Below are positions 26,644-64,000 of a stretch of 64,000 nt of DNA, piece after piece (positions within the stretch are counted from its first letter, which is position 1; each line of letters starts with the position of its first letter). The DNA lies in contig JBEUKZ010000019.1 of NCBI GenBank assembly GCA_048128005.1, positions 434,001 through 498,000 on the forward strand. Reading direction: 5' to 3'. The notes beneath the pieces are model-generated. The model was given only the letters and a program-made list of their open reading frames with translations. It was not told the DNA's origin and did not search any database. Source of the stretch: Veleropilina oligotropha. Lineage: Eukaryota. The translations under genes and the position numbers were made by a program.

Positions 26644-28939
26644 TACGGAACATTAGACAAACCAAACTATTCCAGCAGAAACAACACATAATCCAATTTT
26701 CACTATCATTTTATAAATAAATAACTCTTTCATTGATTGAATAAAAATATATTTAATAATCTGGTGGTAAAATTAATAGTAAATAGTTTGGGTATAGATA
26801 TATAAAATATAAACTTTATGCACAACAATAAAAATAAATGATAAAAGCGCTGTATATAGTAATCATGGAAGTAGCGTCTTGAAAGAAGATTGAAATGCAT
26901 AACATAATAACCACCACACATCACATATTAATATCAAAACGAATAATAAAATACACGTTAACACATTACGGAAATGTCAGACATTCAATGCCGCAATCAA
27001 AGTCGACGTCGGAGCCATCATTGAAACATGCCAAAACCATCGCGTTGCTTCTACAGTGCTGAATGATGTTACACTGGGCCTCCTGTCACCGGACCACAGT
27101 AGAGCGGTCACATGACAGCAGCTTACCATATATGGCAGGCAGGCCATACAATGAAACATGGTTGCTCTACTGGCAGTGGTACGATGTCACCATCAATGTA
27201 AATGCACCATATGTACATAACACAAGCATGTAGCTAGAATTAAAGCAATATGAGTCGCATACACGTATGTGACATCACAAATGTGTCACTATCAATGGCC
27301 GTGTACATATTCAGCAGTTTCTTCACTTGCACATAATTAAATATTGTTTTTGTATGTTATCAATTTTGATTTTCAATTTCAGATGCAAATACATGTATCA
27401 CCACATATGATCATGTTAGGACAGCTGTTCTTTGTAAATTTGGTTCCATTCATAAATTTTACATATTCCATTTAATATGTTTTGTTTATTTGTTATGTTT
27501 AATTGCAATAAATTGATAGGGAATATATAAATATCATTCTTGGCACCAAATAATTTATACTTTAGTTGAATATTTACAGTATAAATTTCAAGGTAAAATA
27601 AAGTTGAGGACTAACTTCTAAGGTAGAAAAGTGTCGTGTATTAGAGAAGCAATCATACATCAAGGGATATTATTATGTACAAATCTTTCATGAAAGCATC
27701 CTTCCTTTATCTACAATGGAATGAAATACATATTACATTTACAGAAAACATTTAATATAAAATTATCAGTTTGAGATTATAATATGTATATTTTAAATAT
27801 TTCTATACAAAATGTTGAACCATGCATGTCCTCATATGATAACAATATAATATTGCACCATGCATATGATAACAATATAATATTGCACACCGGTAACGTA
27901 ACGTCAATACCGATTGTTAGAAAAAACAACTCCTTTATATTATTCCGTATATGATAATACTACATATTGAATCAATTTTGATGTCTGCATGGTTATATTT
28001 ATACAAAATTTAAATTAACATTACAGCGACCTGCTTACAATATTTGAATTTCTTTTATGCACAAATTCATTTGCGCCTTACAATTATAAATATATGTACT
28101 GTATATATTATGTATATATGATTTTCCCCACAACTTGGACTCGTACAATATAAAATCACGTACTGTATACAGGGATGTGTAATCACTTATAATACCGACC
28201 ATTTTAATGAATATATGGATGACGGTAATATAGAATATATGACAGAACCTAACTTACTCAATAATATGGAAAGATACATTTTAGTTTATCATTAATCATT
28301 AACATTCATTAATTTTACAGGCAGCATAAAGATAAATGATTTGATGACTTTTTAGATAATATGACAAAATGATAACAATATTGCAAACTAACTTGATTAT
28401 CACTGCAAATAATATACAGTATTTCAAAATCAAACACTGTTATCAAATATATGCATCAGCATTGCTCATAATATCTTATGAATATAAAGCGACCAGATCC
28501 CATCATAAAATTGATATAATGCAAATACTATGACTTTTGAAGACATAACAATGTGATAATACCGATATCGTTACTAATTGCAGTATGCATTCATCAGCAT
28601 TTCTCATAATATTATATGAATATATAATGTCCTGTTCCAAGCATATAATTAACATATAATTAACATATAAACATATAATTAACATATAATTAACATATAA
28701 TTAACTTGCAGACGAAATATTGATCAAATAAAGGATATTTACGTACCACAAAATCAGTTTGGCAATTACCTATTACCAGGTTTCTTCTCAGTTCGAAAAC
28801 TCAGAAGTAATATACAGTTTAAAAAATTGCTTCTCAAGGTTGTGCATATACATAATTTAAATAATAAAATACTTAACATATTATTCATAAAGCCAAAAAT
28901 AATCTAACAAAATTCCAGATATCTAGTTTGTGCATATAC

Positions 28940-29243
28940 GCCGTCGTGGCTCGGTGGGTTGTTCACAGGACTCTGGTCACAGTCTCGAGTTCACTTGTGC
29001 AAGGAAATAAGCATATATTTGCCTCGGTCCATGACCCAGCCGATCTGAATGGGTACCAGCTGGTTGGCAGTTATGTAAGTCATGGCGCTACCCGCGTGTA
29101 AATGACTGTAATGCTCACAGAGGGAGTTGAGATGGCATATCGAGTGAAACAGGCCCATAACCAGGGGTAATAATGTTCAGCGCATTGAGACACTAGCGTA
29201 ATAATGCGCTATATAAGACCGGAGTATTATTATTATTATTATA
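28940..29243 (+). mobile_element. tRNA-derived SINE with CORE-like domain and L2-type tail
   Basis: A box TGGCTCGGTGG; TTGCCTCGGTCCATGACCCAGCCGATCTGAATGGGTACC; 3' GCGCATTGAG...GCGCTATATAA and (TAT)n tail. Confidence 0.8.
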
Positions 29244-29771
29244 ATACTACTGGAAGCTCTGCTTAAATACATTAACATAATATTGCTAAAATAGACCATA
29301 ATATTCCTACATGCTTTTACATAAATGCTACTAGAAGCTAAGATTTAGAAAGTTTAGCATTAGGCAATAGTTATCAATTACCCAGTTTCAAGTTTATGCA
29401 AATGTTCAAAGAATTAAGATATTCATGAGGTATAATCGTACTACAGACCTATTTTTGCGCCAAATCAAGATTGTTCAAATAATGTCGCTTTACCAAGGGC
29501 AAGTGAATGGCAAAAGTATTTTTTCGACTCTCCCTACAGCATACATGCGCTGTTTTATATAAAAGATATTGCTTTCCTACAATTAAAGGCATAATATCCA
29601 TTTATTTGAGTCTTAGAGTTTACTTAAATAATGCATGAATCTAAAATATTATTATGTCCTATTGCACGAGTTAGGTTTTTCAGCGAACCAATGAGCTTGT
29701 CCTGATTTGGAAATCAATAAGAGCACATTTGAGATGTCGAAATATGATAGGTTGGCAAATGGTTATAACTT

Positions 29772-30826
29772 AACGAGAGCACAGTAATGGTACATTACAT
29801 TATACCCAGCCTGTATTAAGGGGACAACTGTGGACAAGTGAAGGAAACTAAATGTTTGTCGAAAAGGGGGATAACTGCAGAAATATTTGTCGAAATTCTG
29901 GCAGAATCGAATTTGACCTCCGAGCTATTACTTACAATACAGTCATAAGATTTGAACGACATCCAATGTGCAGTTCAGAAGATAATTGATGGAAACTTAA
30001 TGTTTATGTCGAAAAGGGAGATAACTGTGCAAATATTTGTCAAAATTGTGCCAAAATCGAACTTGGCCTCCGAGGTATTATTTGCAACACAGTCTGAAGA
30101 TTTTATCAACATTCGATGTGCGGTTCTGAAGATAGTTGACGAAAACCAAATTATTGTCGTAAAGGGGGATAACTCTGGTAATATTTGACAAAATTGTGCT
30201 GAAATCTAACTTGACCTCCGACGTATTATTTCCAACACAGTCATAAGATTTGAAGAACATCCGACGCGCGGTTCTGAAGATTATTGACGGAAATCAAATT
30301 ATTGTCAAAAAAGGGGGATAACTCTGGTAATAATTGTCAAAATTCTGCTGAAATCGAACATGACCTAGAAGATATTATGTGCAACACAGTCATGAGATTT
30401 GAACAGCATCCGATGCACAGTAGTGAAGATAATTAATGGAAATCAAATTTTATGTCGAAAAAGGGGGATAACTCCGGTATTCTTTCTCGAATTACTGCTG
30501 AAATCGAACTTGACCTCCGAGCTATTGTTTGCAACACAGTGATAAGATTTGAATATCATCTGATCTGCAGTTCTGAAGATAATTGACAGAAACCGAATTT
30601 TTATGTCGAGTGTGATAACTCTGGTAATATTTGTCGAAATTTCGCTGAAATCGAACTTGACCTCGGCGTTATCATTTCCAACATAATCACAAAATCTGAA
30701 GAACATCCAATGTGCGGCTCTCAAGATAATTGACGGATACCACGGATGGACAGACAGACAGACGGACAGATGACCGAGGGTATAAAATAATGCCACGCCA
30801 CATAAATGTGGCGGGGTATAAAAAAA
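29772..30826 (-). mobile_element. Helentron/DINE-like element with ~180-bp internal repeats
   Basis: TTATACCC near the left end and GGGTATAA at the right; (GACA/GGAC)n microsatellite; hairpin CGCCAC-ATAAAT-GTGGCG before GGGTATAAAAA. Confidence 0.75.
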
Positions 30827-31239
30827 CCAGTAATCCAATTACGGGACCCGTGTGTTTTTTGTTGTCGCAGCAATTATCACCTACAGACTTGACAAGCAAA
30901 CTTGAATAGTCTACGATGAAACGCCACAGCCCCCACTCAAAGACCAAGTCCCCGACCGATTGGTTAAAAAATTCTGGCCTTTAACCTTTGGGTATTACCA
31001 GTTTGATAGAAGCAGTTGTTCAACCAAATTGTTTAGTTGCTGTAGCAATTGGGCAATTGGATTTGAAGAAGCCTTCAGATGCATAATGCCACACAGTATA
31101 CATGTAACTGACACTCTGTCAGCAGAATTATATGAAGGTGGTAAAACCACAACAAAAAATAGATTCATATCCAGGAAAAGTCACATTCTGCTTCTTGAAT
31201 TGTAGACACTCTCTGAACATTAATGTTCCCAACACAATC

Positions 31240-31530
31240 GATCAACGCCATGCATATATCATTAACGATCAACGCCATGCATATATCATTAACGATCAAC
31301 GCCATGCATATATCATTAACGATCAACGCCATGCATATATCATTAACGATCAACGCCATGCATATATCATTAACGATCAACGCCATGCATATATCATTAA
31401 CGATCAACGCCATGCATATATCATTAACGATCAACGCCATGCATATATCATTAACGATCAACGCCATGCATATATCATTAACGATCAACGCCATGCATAT
31501 ATCATTAACGATCAACGCCATGCATATATC
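31240..31530. repeat. 27-bp minisatellite, ~11 copies, ~290 bp downstream of the copine stop
   Basis: Unit GATCAACGCCATGCATATATCATTAAC, copies essentially identical. Confidence 0.95.
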
Positions 31531-31815
31531 GTTCATCAAATGATGATTATATTTGGCATAGAGATAAAAGATAAAGGAAAGTTTCGTATGGAGCACAATT
31601 GTGACTTTGATGCAGCTTTAGTCCCTGTTGATCACGATGTGTGTCAACTCACTGTCACTTGAACACATGACCATTGGTCAAATGGAATCTTCCTTTGACC
31701 GAATTATCATCATGATTTAGTAAATGCATAGCATCCGATGCCTGTCGCTGCCACAACCATTAGCATGGTAACCATTACCATGGCAACCACTGCCATGACA
31801 CCTGTTGCCATGGTA

Positions 31816-57682
<25,867 letters not shown>

Positions 57683-58185
57683 CTGGAAATATAATTTATC
57701 AAAAACCTATGTTATGTACATGTATGTTAAATGTAGCACAAATCAATCACAGCATGCAATGATCATCATATTCATGCATAGAATATCAAGTCTATTGTTA
57801 CAATGTTACATAAGTACCAGTTGTGACTATTTTATAAAATTACCAAGTTCGACAGCGTTTTATTACAATTACCATGTCTGTAATACAATGCTCTTAAACC
57901 TGGAACCAATGGATCACTGGTTGAGTTGTTTTGCCATTTATTACATACCTCCGCCACAGCTGAGCTTTTGTTTTCACCGTGTCAGTTTGTTTATTTATTT
58001 ATCTGTGAGCAGAATTATGGAAACATTATAGACGGATTTCGATGCAATTTTGTGGGTCGAGATTTATGAAGAATTATTTAAATGCACAATTTACAGACAA
58101 CTGTCAGCATAAAGTTGGTTACGCTGAGAATCAATGTGACGAAACCATACTGTTGTATAAAACAGATTGTACATTGATACAACAA

Positions 58186-58461
58186 TTAAAGCTGACATAT
58201 ATGCGGAAATCCGGCATCAAGTATGCAGCATCCGGCATCATGTATTAAAGCTGACATTCCATATGCGGAAATAGCCTGCGGAAATCCGGCATCATGTATT
58301 AAAGCTGACATTCCATATATGCGGAAATAGCCTGCGACAATCCGGCAACAGGCATGCGGCATCAGGTATTAAAGCTGACATTCCATATATGCAGAAATAG
58401 CCTGCGACAATCCGGCAACAGGCATGCGGCATCAGGTATTAAAGTTGACATTCCATATATG
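58186..58461. repeat. Short dispersed repeat, locally tandem; related copies near 61540-61667
   Basis: ATTAAAGCTGACATTCCATATGCGGAAATAGCCTGCG..AATCCGGCA units. Confidence 0.7.
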
Positions 58462-58828
58462 GGTGATTTCCTCAATACGGGCAGATATGTAGGGGTTCAA
58501 AATCTCAGGGAAAAAAATAGACAGCCACCCGGCTATCAGGAACCCCAGCCTTATATAGCAATCAGACTGCCATATAAAATCTGTGATCTTCACGTTGCCA
58601 GTAGCCCTTGGCTAAACACTGACTGTGCTAACTGTCCATCATGAAAAAGGTTGGCCTCTGTGACCTTGACATTTGATCAAAGGTCATTTTCTGTCTGTTA
58701 CATGATGTACTAACCCTACAGAAAGAGGTTGGGAAAAATATGGAAATATGGAAATTTGTGAAGGTCAAACGCCAAATGACAAACATTTTAGTGCCATGCA
58801 CAGCTTTAGGTTATAGGCAAGATATCTA

Positions 58829-60441
58829 AAACAAGTGTTTGCCACTAACGTGGCAAGAGTCCCCCGCCAGTGATTAAGGGACTGCTATATCGCCCAATGC
58901 ATGTATGGGAGCTGTTTATATATGTTGTAGACCTCGGTATCTGAAGACAGAAAATGAGGTCAAGGTCAACATAATCGACTGGTATCGGCGATATCCACAA
59001 ATGTATCTATCTACCAAATATAAATGAAATCAGTTCATTCTGTCTTGAGATATCGCGCTAACAACAATTAAATACATTTGGGGATATCGCTGGCACCAGT
59101 CAATTATGGCGACATTGACCTCGGTATCTGAAGACAGAAAATGAGGTCAAGGTCAACATAATCGACTGGTATGGGCGACATCCACAAATGTATCTATCTA
59201 CCAAATATAAATGAAATCAGTTCATTCTGTCTTGAGATATCGGGCTAACAACAATTGAATGAGCAAAAGCGTAAACTGTACCCTGTGACCTTGAAAAAGA
59301 GGTGAAAGTCACCATAATCGACTGGTGTCGGCAGTATCCACAAAGGTATCTATCCACCAAATATAAATGAAAACGGTTCATTCAGTCTTGAGATATTGCG
59401 CTAACAACAATTGAATGAGCAAAAGAGGAAACTGTACCCTGTGACCTTGAAAATGAGGTCAAGGTCACCATAATCGACTGGTGTCGGCGGTATCCCCAAA
59501 GGTATCACTCGGCCAAATATAATTGAAATCGGTTCATTCTGTCTTGAGATATCGCGAAAGAGTAAACTGTACCCTGTGACCTTGAAAATGAGGTCAAAGT
59601 CACCATAATCGACTGGTGTCGGTGGCATCCCCAAAGGTATCTATCCACCAAATATAAATGAAATAGGTACATGTACTCTTGAGATACACGCTAACAACAA
59701 CTGAATGAGCGAAAGAGTAAACTGTACCCTGTGACCTTGAAAATGAGGGCAAGGTCACCATAATCGACTGGTGTCGGCGGTATCCCCAAAGGTATCAATC
59801 CACCAAATATAATTGAAATCGGTTCATTCATTCTTGAGATATTGCGCTAACAACAAATGAATGAGCAAAAGAGTAAACTGTACCCCGTGACCTTGAAAAT
59901 GAGGTGAAGGTCACCATAATCGACTGGTGTCGGCGGACTCCCCAAAGGTAACTATCCACCAAATATAAATGAAATCGGTTCATTCAGTCTTGAGATATTG
60001 CGCTAACAAAGTCGTACGGACGGACGTACAGACAACTGAATGAGCGAAAGAGTAAACTGTACCCTGTGACCTTGAAAATGAGGGCAAGGTCACCATAATC
60101 GACTGGTGTCGGCGGTATCCCCAAAGGTATCAATCCACCAAATATAATTGAAATCGGTTCATTCATTCTTGAGATATTGCGCTAACAACAAATGAATGAG
60201 CAAAAGAGTAAACTGTACCCCGTGACCTTGAAAATGAGGTGAAGGTCACCATAATCGACTGGTGTCGGCGGACTCCCCAAAGGTAACTATCCACCAAATA
60301 TAAATGAAATCGGTTCATTCAGTCTTGAGATATTGCGCTAACAAGGTCGTACGGACGGACGGACGGACGGACGTAAGGACGGACGGACGGACGGAGGCGA
60401 ATACTAGAGTCCCCCGCTCCGCTAAAGCGGGGGACTAAAAA
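58829..60441 (-). mobile_element. Helentron/DINE-like element with ~170-bp internal repeats
   Basis: AACAAG plus hairpin TTGCCAC-TAAC-GTGGCAA; AGAGTCCCCCGC near both ends; (ACGG)n; hairpin AGTCCCCCGC...GCGGGGGACT-AAAAA. Confidence 0.8.
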
Positions 60442-60765
60442 ATTAAAAGGCTACCATGCTGAGTCTCCGAGAAGCAGCCCGGACAAAATTTCAGGGTCAA
60501 AGGTTATTGTGGCAAGCTCAAAAATCATTCCTGTGAAATATTACCCACCATGATCTAGAGTATGATAAGGGTAGTCCATATGTCCCTGAAATTTTGTCCG
60601 GGCTGCTTCTCGGAGACTCAGCATGGTAGCCTTTTAATTTTTTAGTCCCCCGCTTTAGCGGAGCGGGGGACTCTAGTATTCGCCTCCGTCCTTCCGTACG
60701 TCCGTCCGTCCGTACGACCTTGTTAGCGCAATATCTCAAGACTGAATGAACCGATTTCATTTATA

Positions 60766-61524
60766 GGGCCGCGGCGGCTTCCCTCTGACGGGATTTAGTC
60801 GGAGGTGCTTTTTTCGAGCTAGATTTCTTGGCCGGTGGCCGTATAGTCGAGGGTTTTGCATGCTTGGAAGGTTTCTAGGCCCGAATGCTTCCTCGAGTCG
60901 GCAGGCAGACCCCGAGGGGTAGCCAGAACTGCCTTCTTGATTGCCCGGTCCTTCAGATAGGCCGCTCTCTTCTCGATGAATTCTGTGAATTGGTCACCGA
61001 AGAGAGTAGAGACCGACAACGGCACACATCGAAGTGAACGCCGGGTTGTGTCATCTAATGAAGTGCCGTCTAGGCATGCGTCCCTACGAAGTAAAATCGC
61101 ATTACCCAGGACACGGGCTGACTCAGACGCGTTTGTCTCCAAGGAGGCGGCAACCTCGTGAAGAAAGGAGAGTGAGGTCTCGCGAGCGTGGGGTCCGTTC
61201 TCCTGTAGTACCGCAATCGCCCCTTCTATGAAGAAGTCCTGGACTGACGATTGCCGTAGAACCCAACGAGCGGAGCTCTCGAAGGCAATAGATCATTAAA
61301 TCTCGCTGCTGGAGAAAACGAAAATTTTTGTCACTAGACGGAGCAAAAATTGTACGTTGTTGTCAAGAGAGCAGAAACTTTCGAATGAGTCTGCCTCGTT
61401 CTGGGCAGTCTAGGTGGTCAACAGGGTAAAATTTATTGAAAGTGCAAAATTTGCGATTTTCCACCTTGTCCGGATTAGCGATAATAGGCTTATTATGGCA
61501 TTATAATAAGGACGTAAGTATATT
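60766..61524 (-). mobile_element. Truncated DIRS-like element: left terminal repeat plus gag-like fragment
   Basis: ORF 60819-61142 (NAILLRRDACL...RSLRCVPL...LFG) resembles DIRS ORF1; 61469-61524 is a diverged reverse complement of the DIRS terminus at 62286-62339. Confidence 0.7.
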
Positions 61525-61783
61525 TGATATTATTATCGCCCATATGCGGAAATAGCCTGCGGCAATCCAGCAACGGCATGCAGTATACGCCATCAGGTAT
61601 TAAAGCTGACATTCCTTATATATATGCAGAAATAACCTGCGGCAATCCGGCAACAGCATGCGGCAATTAATCATGATCATTTATCTAACATGTAATGTCG
61701 TGACCATAAAATATATAGTAAATTGCATTCATCTTAAACATGGTGGAACGTAATATAATATATATCTTTTTTTAATTTAACCT

Positions 61784-62015
61784 GAGGCCGCTACGACAGT
61801 AGTAGCCGTGTGGGTTCGGTTGTGAACTCCGAAAAATCACTGGTTGGGACGACATTATTTGTTCAAGTTTAGTTGTTATTAGAGTCACAGTTGTTCGAAA
61901 CTGGTCGAAGAGGATGGGTTTCCCCCCGTGACAATATGGACATATGTCCTGCTTTGAAGAAAAAGATGGTTGAAAATATACAGGACATTAAGCATCAATC
62001 CTTTCCTTTCCTTTT
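61784..62015 (+). mobile_element. Degenerate tRNA-derived SINE (18337 family)
   Basis: GGCCGC start, TTTGTTCAAGTT, GGACATATGTCCTGCTTTGAA, CAGGACATTAAGCAT and (CCTTT)n tail. Confidence 0.7.
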
Positions 62016-62248
62016 CAAATTTATCCACGCTGTAAACACAACACGATATAGCTGGTCAAATACTTGTACTGATTCTGAAGCTCATGCTGAAATTCTAAAA
62101 CGTACTTAGTTCTTCATCACCAAGTAGATACGAAAATTTAAAAAGTATCGTGACTATAGATTACTAATATTACTACAGTTGGGAACATACCGGTAGTTCA
62201 ACATATGAAATCATTGATGAAAAAGATAAATATTGTGACATATAGGCC

Positions 62249-64000
62249 TAACAAGAGGTTTTTAAGTAAACCTAGTATTAGTTAGAATATACTTACGTCA
62301 TTACCTATGCCATAATAGCCCTATTATCGCTAAACCGGAAACTGTGAAAAAGCGTTTCACTTTCTTTTAAACTTACACGCTTACCCCCCCTGCTCACCTC
62401 TCTCGCGTTCCTCCCACGAGATCTGCCCAAGTCTCGCGAGACCTCAGAGACCAAGACAGATCTGGTATCCTTTTTAAGTCAGAGGAATCTGCAGTGCGTA
62501 GAGGAACTTAGCAAGAGGGGTTGGAAGCGAATGCCATGAGCAGGGCGGGTAGACGTGTAATGACGTAAGTATATTCTAACTAATACTAGGTTTACTTAAA
62601 AACCTCTTATTAGTAGCAATATACTCTACGTCATTACCTATGCCAGAATAACTTTGGACGGTGGGCTAAGTTCTAACGAAATTAATACCCAAACAAGTTA
62701 CTTACTTGTCACCATGGAGACAGCTAGTATCGCCGACTCGCGTCCGCTCAGGATGGAATTACTGAGTATTACAATTCTACCCTTACCCCGACAGAATTTT
62801 GACCAATGAACCTGGGAAAAAACGCCAGAGGTGTTAGTCGGACAAGGTGACGCGAAAGTGCAATCAGCCCCAGGCAAGGCCGGAGGATAAATCCTGTAGG
62901 ACTTAGATGTCATGGACCGAAGCAGCTTTTAGTAAACCCTGGGCGTCGAGGCCGGTAACCAAAAGATGCAGTCAACTTGCGACAAACATACAGTACCTGA
63001 AAAGGTTGTGAATGTAACCAGTTATGCAATTATTAATAGATATAAGTAATATATACACGTACATATTATATTCCATATTAATAATAAATTCGCTTGACCA
63101 AATAGCGAAAAGCAAACATGTCCCCATGTTACTTAAAGAATATTTAAAGATTGAATGATATTAAATTTTGCAATGTCGCAACACCGTAAGCTCATAACAG
63201 CAAATGAACTTCAATAATATCAAAATATAAAAAAAACCTTTTAAGATTTAGCATTATAAATGTCTAATTTCAATGTGAGTGGCATGTGGCATGTGAACTC
63301 AGATCTGACAATTTAGTCTCAGTCCATAAATAGAAATATTGGACTGCAGACAACACAATGAAAACAACACTAATTGTTAGCAAGCTACACAATAGAGTTG
63401 CACATACATGCGGAGTGACTGTATAATTACAATTAATTGTTTACAATACCTGTCACCGTGTATTTAACCTAGATGTCCTGGTAATGCAGTGTTGCGCCGC
63501 AACACATTGAACACTGGACAAACCATCCGCACCAGTCGAGAAATCGCGTAAATAATGTTTTACAAACACGTTCGGGTTTCTCCAATACCCTGCTTGTAGC
63601 AGGGAGGTAATATTTAGACAATGTCTAAATGCCAGACTCGTCGATATCGCTCTTGTTTCATGGGCACGGACCGCAATAAGGTTGCGGTCAGCTTCGTTGG
63701 AATTAGAGTATATCTGCTGAACCGTTCGACAAATCCATCTCGAGATAGTATTCTTCGATACATCGCGGGTGAAATTGGGCAAATACGAAATAAACAAGCG
63801 TTTTTTGCCTCGTCGGAAGTCACGTGTTCGGTCCAGATAATATCGAAGCGCGCGCACCGGGCAGTTAAGTCGGTCGATATCGTTTCTACCGACAATAGAA
63901 AGCGTAGGAATAACGACCTCCGGAGCAATATCGCCTGGCCGCTGGTTTTTAGCAATAAATCCTAATATAGGACGTAAAATGACCGATCCGTCAGACTGGA
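62249..64000 (-). mobile_element. DIRS1-like retrotransposon, 3' end (YR C-terminus, ICR, right terminal repeat)
   Basis: Tyrosine recombinase ORF followed by an inverted pair 62249-62304 / 62557-62612 and a direct copy of the terminus at 62618-62645. Confidence 0.88.
63453..63998 (-). CDS. DIRS tyrosine recombinase, C-terminal part; frame open to the window edge
   Basis: GFIAKNQ...NCPVRALRYYLDRT...RLFISY...SKNTISRWI...AHETRAISTS...AGYWRNPNVFVKHYLRD; K, HxxR, W and Y catalytic positions present. Confidence 0.9.
   Translation of the reverse strand, partial: QSDGSVILRPILGFIAKNQRPGDIAPEVVIPTLSIVGRNDIDRLNCPVRALRYYLDRTRDFRRGKKRLFISYLPNFTRDVSKNTISRWICRTVQQIYSNSNEADRNLIAVRAHETRAISTSLAFRHCLNITSLLQAGYWRNPNVFVKHYLRDFSTGADGLSSVQCVAAQHCITRTSRLNTR

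Noticed and set aside
31132..31662. 176-aa ORF (NDQRHAYII)n
   Set aside because: 27-bp minisatellite read-through.
57683..64000. Upstream copine exons (C2A N-terminus)
   Set aside because: No segment with suitable splice sites and copine-like peptide found by eye; probably beyond the window.

Overview
Animal (probably marine invertebrate) genomic DNA, mostly intron and repeat. Two convergent spliced genes: the last three coding exons of an Ariadne-2 (ARIH2) RBR E3 ligase on + (166-12676) and 18 exons of a copine (CPNE5/8/9-like, C2A-C2B-vWA) on - (57682-31816; N-terminal exons not found in the window). Repeats include an ~11 kb 52-bp satellite in an ARIH2 intron, a 6.5 kb 56-bp satellite, many minisatellites, tRNA-derived SINEs, CR1/L2-group LINE fragments (two near-identical CR1 copies), Helentron/DINE-like elements, one short Helitron, a TIR element and two DIRS-type tyrosine-recombinase retrotransposon pieces. 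The most unusual pattern: several tandem arrays are amplified pieces of SINEs, repeatedly the Pol III A-box head, and one SINE (38795-40475) has three adjacent segments each amplified separately. Family names come from remembered motifs and by-eye comparison, not database searches; copy numbers are span divided by period.
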